Assembly (NCBI GenBank): GCA_963169515.1
Contig: CAUJEF010000145.1
Location: forward strand, 1-32,577
Origin: Bdellovibrionota bacterium
GTDB lineage: Bacteria; Bdellovibrionota; Bdellovibrionia; Bdellovibrionales; JAEYZS01
DNA: 32,577 nt
Direction: 5' to 3'
The notes beneath the pieces are model-generated. The model was given only the letters and a program-made list of their open reading frames with translations. It did not search any database and had not been told where the DNA came from. The position numbers were made by a program, and so were the translations under genes. Shown piece by piece: positions 26,510 through 32,577 of this stretch. Numbering within the stretch: position 1 is the stretch's first letter; each line of letters begins with the position of its first letter.

Positions 26510-27846
26510 TAATTGATGTTCTCTCGGTTGTCGATTTTATAAAAATAACCGTCGAAACGAACACATTGTTTGTTGGTAATTTTAAGAAGATCTTGCACAT
26601 TGCCATTTGGGAATAAACCACCAGCAGTGTCGTCGGAAATAGACGTTAACTGCCCACAATCATCTATTTGTGGCCTAAGTGTTTTTAAGTCAGAAATCGG
26701 TTCTGCTAGGAGCGCAACAGGTTTGACTTTAGTTGCAACGTGCTCATTTGAATTTCCTACTGTTGTAATAAACGATTGACCGGCAAGTGCAGCTTCGGCG
26801 TTATCCAAAGCCTTCTCTATTTTTGGATCATTTGTTTTAACACACAATCCGTCGGCAAATATGTAACCAGGGCGGTTTTCTGGATTTGATTCACCGTGCG
26901 GGCACAGCGAATCTTGCATCTTTTGCGCCCATCGTGCTCCCGCTACAGCGTCAATTCCCATGTCAATAATTGATCTCATTGCTTTTGGGTCACGTACTTT
27001 TGCAAAGTTAGGCTGTTTCATTAATGCATTTAGAACATTTTGACTGCTAGGACTCAAGCCCTCAAATGTAATGGCTGTATCTATAGCTCCAGACAAACTG
27101 TAAGAGTTCAGAATTGTACTGTAAATTTGCATACCAGATGCGATATACTGCATGGCTTCGACATCTGCGGTATTGATCTTATATTCTTGTGAATTATGCG
27201 CACATTCCTCATAAGAACTGTCCGATGGTTCATACCAATAAACGCTTTCAGAATACACGACTTTGCTCCACGCGCAATTTCGTATTGCAGCCGCCCATGC
27301 CCCACCCGTTTTGTAACCGTTTGGATTTACGTACAATGTGAGCTCAAGGCTTTTATTTTCTTTTAGCCAGTTTCTGAGATTGCTTACCGCTTTGGTGTAT
27401 TCGTCAAGGTGTGCTTGGAAGTCCTCTTCACTTTTAATATCTTCCTGGCCATCAAGAAGGAAATCCTTGATTGATCCTGCTTTTATATTTTCGACCACTC
27501 GTGCATATTCAGCGGCTGATTTTTGATTTCGATCAGTGAGTGGCTTAATTCGTTTAAGCGACCCTTTGGCCACCATTGGAATAGCGACAATGTGTTTATA
27601 AAACTGTGCGCGCTTATTGTTCGGATCTACACGCAATGCCATATCTAAAACGTCATTTGCAAATATAAAGTTGTTTGGGGTCGCGAGTGTTTCGCCAGCG
27701 CGCGCGAGCTTTTCAGCTTTATCGCTGGCACTTACTCCTTTTTCGTTAAGTATATCGTTCGGATTAATCCGAATTGGCTTGATAGAATTAGGTGTACAGC
27801 CTACAGCTACAATGAAAATAGCTGATAGCATTAGAGATCGTTTCAT
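26509..27846 (-). CDS. Lipoprotein of unknown function with N-terminal TPR-like helices
   Basis: AGGAGG RBS, lipobox VAVGC, ALRVDPNNKRAQFY TPR-like segment, several Cys. Confidence 0.8.
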   Translation of the reverse strand: MKRSLMLSAIFIVAVGCTPNSIKPIRINPNDILNEKGVSASDKAEKLARAGETLATPNNFIFANDVLDMALRVDPNNKRAQFYKHIVAIPMVAKGSLKRIKPLTDRNQKSAAEYARVVENIKAGSIKDFLLDGQEDIKSEEDFQAHLDEYTKAVSNLRNWLKENKSLELTLYVNPNGYKTGGAWAAAIRNCAWSKVVYSESVYWYEPSDSSYEECAHNSQEYKINTADVEAMQYIASGMQIYSTILNSYSLSGAIDTAITFEGLSPSSQNVLNALMKQPNFAKVRDPKAMRSIIDMGIDAVAGARWAQKMQDSLCPHGESNPENRPGYIFADGLCVKTNDPKIEKALDNAEAALAGQSFITTVGNSNEHVATKVKPVALLAEPISDLKTLRPQIDDCGQLTSISDDTAGGLFPNGNVQDLLKITNKQCVRFDGYFYKIDNRENIN

Positions 27847-27875
27847 GGGGGCCTCCTAAAAAATATTCATGTTTT

Positions 27876-27922
27876 GCCAAAAAAAGGTTCAGCGCCCACG
27901 GCCCGAACCATCCCTCTTTGGC
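27876..27922 (-). terminator. Stem-loop with U-tract upstream of the lipoprotein (terminator or attenuator)
   Basis: Minus strand GGTTCGG-GCC-GTG-GGC-G-CTGAACC followed by T7; outer GCCAAA/TTTGGC pairing also possible. Confidence 0.5.
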
Positions 27923-28092
27923 GCTAGTTCATTTGGCACGAATAAGTACAAATACTATGCCTAGAAAAAGTGAGATGTTTTGTAATAAATTCGCGGTATC
28001 CTTACTGTACGCAGGGCAACCACGGTATCAGCAATTCGCCTGTTATGGCCAATGCCCGCACTCCAACGATGATAGAAAAATATTTGGGCGTT

Positions 28093-28638
28093 CTAACCGG
28101 GTTGTAGTAACTCCCTTTGCCTTTGAATTAGAACCTTTGCAATATCGCGCTTGATCCCCCGTCCCTCTAAGCGGTTTACTTTAATATAGTCCTTTAAAGT
28201 TAATCGGGATTTCCATCCTACCACGACTCGGGTAAAGGGCCGCAAATCCCAAAATCTTTTTATCCCTGCTTCTTCCTTTGTCTTCCAGCGGCTAATACCC
28301 GTCACCTTCATAGCAATCGCCGCCGTTACAGCGCGAATAAAAGGTTTATAGGTGTATCGATTCGTAAGCTTTATTTCTAAGTGAATATGGTTTCCGACAT
28401 TGGCTCCGAAAAGCAATTTGACCCCGTATTTTTCAGCAAATCTTCTTAGAATAGACCTGATATTTTCTTTATTTTTGGGTTCAAGAAAAGACCATTTGCC
28501 CTTGGCATGTGTAGATCGAAGGACCAAGTGCATGGTTTGTCTGGTGGCAATGGGTCTACCCGAGGCCCGTCCTTTTCTGGTTTTAAGAAGTTCACCTCCA
28601 TAGGCGAGTTCTTGTTTTTTAAAAAGCACTTTTTGCAT
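28093..28638 (-). mobile_element. HUH (Y1) transposase-like protein, IS200/RAYT superfamily
   Basis: MHLVLRS, GNHIHL HUH motif, FW..RPFTRVV, and DYIKVN with catalytic-type Tyr. No TnpB partner or clear IS ends. Confidence 0.8.
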
Positions 28639-28752
28639 GCGAACGAAGGTATAGATTATTCAAAGTAATTGCAACATTCGATGCGCAACAGCAACGGCTT
28701 TTTTTGGACATGGTCGACAAATGTAGCGGATGCCTAATTACTGCCAGCTGAA

Positions 28753-29040
28753 ATGATCAATCTGCACTCAGAGCGGTGGCACCTGAGGACTGTCCGAGAT
28801 TTTTACAAAGAGAACAATAAGCTAGTTGGTCTCAAGGCTGATATATCAACATGCAAGTGGGTCAGTTTTAATTGCATATGCAAATGCCAAGAGCGCCGTC
28901 TAGAAAATTTTGAAAACTCTCTTCAAGCGCTTGAAACAAATAATCAAAGGACATTGAAGTCCTGGAGTTATGACAGTAAACTGACTGAACGCCAAAAAGG
29001 GTTCGCCGAAACTGCACTGAAGATATGGCTCTCACATTAA
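28753..29040 (+). CDS. Hypothetical protein or gene fragment
   Basis: 95-codon ORF without a clear RBS, next to the transposase; no recognisable motif. Confidence 0.3.
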   Translation: MINLHSERWHLRTVRDFYKENNKLVGLKADISTCKWVSFNCICKCQERRLENFENSLQALETNNQRTLKSWSYDSKLTERQKGFAETALKIWLSH

Positions 29041-29199
29041 TTTTACAATTTTTTTTGTTAAGCAAGTATGAGCGCCTTTCCTATATTTCAACATTTAATT
29101 CCTCAACAGCAAGATTATCACGGAGAAGAACAGCTGCGTCACAAAGCTCAGTACATTTTGAATCGTGGTTAGATTGCATTTGAATGATTTGGTTGTGTT

Positions 29200-29994
29200 T
29201 TAAAACTCCCAATCGGCGGGCTTTTTTAAAAATGCGTCTGTAATTGCACAAAAGCCTCGGGAGCCAGAATGCATTGTTACGAATGCGGGCTTGTGTTGAA
29301 TTTGGTCTATAAAGTTTTTTATATTTTCAACGGCAAAGCTATTTTTAAAAAATTGAAACATGGGTTCGTCATTTGGGGAATCACCCACAAATGCGACAGA
29401 TTTTTGAATTTGATCCAATTCATAATTGAATTCTTTTTTTACAAACTCTTTGCACATACTGAGTTTGTCATAGGTTCCGAACCAGCCGTTGACATGAATG
29501 GAGCTTACTTTTGCAACGGCGCCGTGGGCTTCAAATATTTTAACTATTTCCTGGATTTTTTCTTTCGGCAAGGGTTTCACGTCTTCAGAAAAATCAATTG
29601 CAAGGTCCAGAAGCCTGCAAAACTGGTCCGAGGCAACGGCGCAGCCTGGAACTTTTGCTAAAACTTCGGCTTCGATTTTTTCTAATTTCTTTTTATTCTC
29701 AACGCGTATATTTTCTGGAATTGCAAAATGACGGCACATTTTTTTATCTTTGTAGCGAAAATAAAACCCACCGTTTTCGCCAATAACCCCGGCAACGGGC
29801 CAAAACCGCGCAATCATTTCGCACCATCCGGCGGGTCGTCCGGTAACAGGAATGACTGAAATTCCATTTTGATAAAGGTCCCAAAGCGCTTTGTATGAAC
29901 GGTCTGGTAACTTACCATCGTCTGTAATTGTGTCGTCAATATCGGTAAACACAAAACGGATTCCTGGATTTTGAAATTGGTTTAAAGGTCTCAT
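29200..29994 (-). CDS. HAD-IIB family hydrolase
   Basis: DIDDT motif I, VTGR motif II, GENGG, and FVGDSPND motif IV; start reassigned to ATG 29994. Confidence 0.92.
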   Translation of the reverse strand: MRPLNQFQNPGIRFVFTDIDDTITDDGKLPDRSYKALWDLYQNGISVIPVTGRPAGWCEMIARFWPVAGVIGENGGFYFRYKDKKMCRHFAIPENIRVENKKKLEKIEAEVLAKVPGCAVASDQFCRLLDLAIDFSEDVKPLPKEKIQEIVKIFEAHGAVAKVSSIHVNGWFGTYDKLSMCKEFVKKEFNYELDQIQKSVAFVGDSPNDEPMFQFFKNSFAVENIKNFIDQIQHKPAFVTMHSGSRGFCAITDAFLKKPADWEF

Positions 29995-30016
29995 AATGAC
30001 AGCATAATTTAAAATT

Positions 30017-30025
30017 TGTGGATAA
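30017..30025 (-). promoter_or_regulatory. Consensus DnaA box TTATCCACA
   Basis: Exact 9-mer in the divergent HAD/topA intergenic region. Confidence 0.5.
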
Positions 30026-30164
30026 CAAAGTAGCGAAAACAAATTGGATTTATAATGCACGCGGGCGAATTTAGGACTTGCTAAGTTGTGGTGATGTAGT
30101 TCATTTTTTTTATAAATGTCCCGAGTTATTACCGACCTTATTTGAAAAAGGTCTAGGAAGATTC

Positions 30165-32577
30165 ATGACGAAAAAAGCAGCAGGTTCTGCTCGAAAACTT
30201 GTGATTGTAGAGTCTCCGACGAAAGCAAAGACAATCAGAAAATTTCTTGGCAAGAATTTTATGGTTGAATCTTGCATGGGACATGTTCGTGATTTGCCCC
30301 AATCCGCCAAGGACATTCCTGAAAAATATAAAAAACAAGCCTGGGCAAAGCTTGGCGTGAATACTGAAAAGGATTTTGAACCGCTCTATTGCATACCCAA
30401 CAATAAAAAAAAGGTTGTAAGTCAGCTGAGGGATTTAATCGACAAAGCCGATGAACTTTATCTTGCGACGGACGAAGACCGCGAAGGTGAGAGCATATCA
30501 TGGCATTTGCTTCAGCTCTTAAAGCCTAAAGTTCCGGTGAAACGTATGGTCTTCCACGAGATCACTGAAGATGCAATTAAGGACGCCTTAGAAAATCCTC
30601 GAAAAATCGACGACAATCTTGTACATGCCCAGGAGGCTCGCCGAATATTAGACCGCTTGGTGGGTTATACGCTTTCTCCTATTATATGGAAGAAAATTGC
30701 GTTTGGCTTGTCGGCGGGAAGGGTGCAGTCGGTTGCTGTAAAACTCATATCTGAGCGGGAAGCGCTGAGGTTAAAATTTAGAAAGGCTGAATATTGTGGC
30801 CTTCAGGCCCTTGGTGAAAAAGATAAGCAGGAGTTTTTGAGCAAATTGTCTATATATAAGGACAAGAAGATCGCCACGGGTAAGGATTTCGACAGTGAAA
30901 CGGGCGAGCTGATCAAAAATAAGAAAAGCGACCTGCTGCAACTTTCTAAAAAAGAAGCTCAAAAAATACTGGATGAAATTAAAGGGAAAAAGCTGGTCGT
31001 TGAAAGCGTGGAAGACCGACCTATTTCGCGCTCCCCATATGCTCCGTTCATAACCTCAACATTGCAACAGGACGCCAGCCGGAAGTTTGGTTGGACTGCT
31101 CGAAATACAATGAGAACTGCTCAAACGCTGTATGAGAATGGTTTGATTACCTATATGCGTACGGACTCGACAGTTCTATCCGCACAAGCGCTAAAGGCGG
31201 CTCGAGCACAAGTGAAAGAACTGTATGGTGATAAGTATCTGCCGTCTGGACCACGATCCTATGAAAAGAAAAAAGTAAAAGGTGCGCAAGAGGCGCATGA
31301 AGCCATTCGCCCTGCAGGAAACAATTTTAAAATACCGAAAGAGACGGGTTTGTCCGGAGACCCCTATAAGCTGTACGAACTGATTTGGATGAGAACTTTG
31401 GCTTCGCAGATGGTGGATTCAAGGCAACGCCAAACGCAAGTGCGGCTGGGACATGGCAATGCAACATTTTCAGCATCGGGTACGGTGATTGAGTTCCCAG
31501 GCTTCCTCAAAGTGTACGAGGAAAGCCAAGACGACGTATCTGACGAGGAAAATTCACAGTTACCCGCACTGAAGAAGGGAGATTCGATTACTGTTCGAAA
31601 ACTAGAGGTTACTGAACATGAAACAAAGCCGCCAAGTCGATTTACCGAGGCTGGTTTGATTCAGGTCATGGAAAAAGAAGGTATTGGTCGTCCATCAACA
31701 TACGCCGCAATTCTTGGAACAATTCAAGATCGTGGTTATGTCACTAAGCAAGGGAACACCCTAAAGCCGACCTTTACGGCAATGATCGTAAGCCAATTGC
31801 TAGAAAAATATTTCCCTGAATATGTGGACCTTGGGTTTACGTCTGCAATGGAAAATTCCCTTGATGAGATTGCATCGGGCGACTTGGAGTCAGTAAAGTA
31901 TTTAAAAGATGTGTATCTTGGGAAAAATGGTCTAAAGAAATTGGTAGAAACTCAAGATAAGAAAATTGACCCTGATGAAGCCCGTGCGATTAGGCTTTTT
32001 GGGCTCGATGAATTCGTATTTAAGGTTGGCCGTTATGGTGCGTATGTTTGCCGAAAAGAAAAGGGCGAGGAAATTTGTGCTTCAATACCAGAAACGCATG
32101 CGCCCTCAGAATTGAACGCAGATATTATCAACAAGTTGATCGATCAAAAAATCAAAGGTGCTGACGCATTCGCGACGGATCCGAAAACAAAAAAGAAGAT
32201 TTATGTTTTAACCGGTCGATATGGCCCATACGTGCAGCTGGGCGAATCGGACGAAGAAAAACCAAAACGAGTTTCAATTCCACCGACAATTCAGCCAGAA
32301 AATATTACATTAAACCAAGTGATGACGTTGATTAGTTTACCGGCAACACTCGGAACGCACCCTAAAACCAAAAAAGAAATCAAAATGAGTATTGGCCGAT
32401 TTGGCCCATACATTCTTCATGATGGTGAGTTCCGATCCATTCCCAAAACGGATAGCATTTTCGATATGGACTTGAAAAGGGCGGTTGAAATTTTGGCCGA
32501 GCCTAAAAAAGGCCGTGGTGGAAGAAAATCATCCGTGTTGAAAGAACTCGGAAAACATCCGGATAATAACGAAAAAG
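30165..32577 (+). CDS. topA: DNA topoisomerase I (partial, runs off the window)
   Basis: Translated by eye: LVIVESPTKAKTI, GHVRDLP, ATDEDREGE, SAGRVQS, catalytic GLITYMRTDS, AQEAHEAIRP, and C-terminal GRYGAYV / GRYGPYVQLG / GRFGPYI repeats. Confidence 0.97.
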   Translation, partial: MTKKAAGSARKLVIVESPTKAKTIRKFLGKNFMVESCMGHVRDLPQSAKDIPEKYKKQAWAKLGVNTEKDFEPLYCIPNNKKKVVSQLRDLIDKADELYLATDEDREGESISWHLLQLLKPKVPVKRMVFHEITEDAIKDALENPRKIDDNLVHAQEARRILDRLVGYTLSPIIWKKIAFGLSAGRVQSVAVKLISEREALRLKFRKAEYCGLQALGEKDKQEFLSKLSIYKDKKIATGKDFDSETGELIKNKKSDLLQLSKKEAQKILDEIKGKKLVVESVEDRPISRSPYAPFITSTLQQDASRKFGWTARNTMRTAQTLYENGLITYMRTDSTVLSAQALKAARAQVKELYGDKYLPSGPRSYEKKKVKGAQEAHEAIRPAGNNFKIPKETGLSGDPYKLYELIWMRTLASQMVDSRQRQTQVRLGHGNATFSASGTVIEFPGFLKVYEESQDDVSDEENSQLPALKKGDSITVRKLEVTEHETKPPSRFTEAGLIQVMEKEGIGRPSTYAAILGTIQDRGYVTKQGNTLKPTFTAMIVSQLLEKYFPEYVDLGFTSAMENSLDEIASGDLESVKYLKDVYLGKNGLKKLVETQDKKIDPDEARAIRLFGLDEFVFKVGRYGAYVCRKEKGEEICASIPETHAPSELNADIINKLIDQKIKGADAFATDPKTKKKIYVLTGRYGPYVQLGESDEEKPKRVSIPPTIQPENITLNQVMTLISLPATLGTHPKTKKEIKMSIGRFGPYILHDGEFRSIPKTDSIFDMDLKRAVEILAEPKKGRGGRKSSVLKELGKHPDNNEK

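Noticed and set aside
28005..28060. c-di-GMP-I riboswitch-like start GCAGGGCAACCAC
   Set aside because: It lacks the GAAA tetraloop, the GACGCAAAGC segment and the P3 stem, and no co-oriented gene follows.
29068..29172. 34-codon ORF MSAFPIFQ...
   Set aside because: No RBS, coupling or motif; compatible with chance.

Overview
Bacterial chromosomal window, most likely from a Bdellovibrionota/Oligoflexia-like organism. This is inferred from gene style: a Bdellovibrio-type HUH transposase, a Bacteriovorax-like serine palmitoyltransferase, and many Cys-rich secreted hypotheticals. It is mostly housekeeping: tRNA-Pro(TGG), rpmB, rplX-like, rpsR, nitrilase-family amidase, rdgB, rph, amidase, RlmL-type methylase, cdd, metG, lpxD, infA, tex, a HAD phosphatase and a partial topA. 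Two accessory modules stand out. (1) 5776-9678: a PhcB-like SAM methyltransferase, a membrane sensor resembling the PhcS input domain but fused to a class III nucleotide cyclase plus a Cys4 ribbon instead of a histidine kinase, and a convergent fatty-acyl desaturase. This is a candidate lipid-methyl-ester signalling system with cyclic-nucleotide output. (2) 10903-14280: a bacterial sphingolipid cluster (GNAT ceramide synthase-like protein, SPT, and a closely coupled secreted protein that may be a START-like lipid carrier). Other observations: a beta-propeller lipoprotein interrupted by an in-frame TGA, an out-of-operon ribosomal protein trio with a shortened L24, several apparently leaderless genes, two small unlisted coupled ORFs, and a DnaA box upstream of topA. 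All family assignments come from motif recognition by eye; no searches were run.
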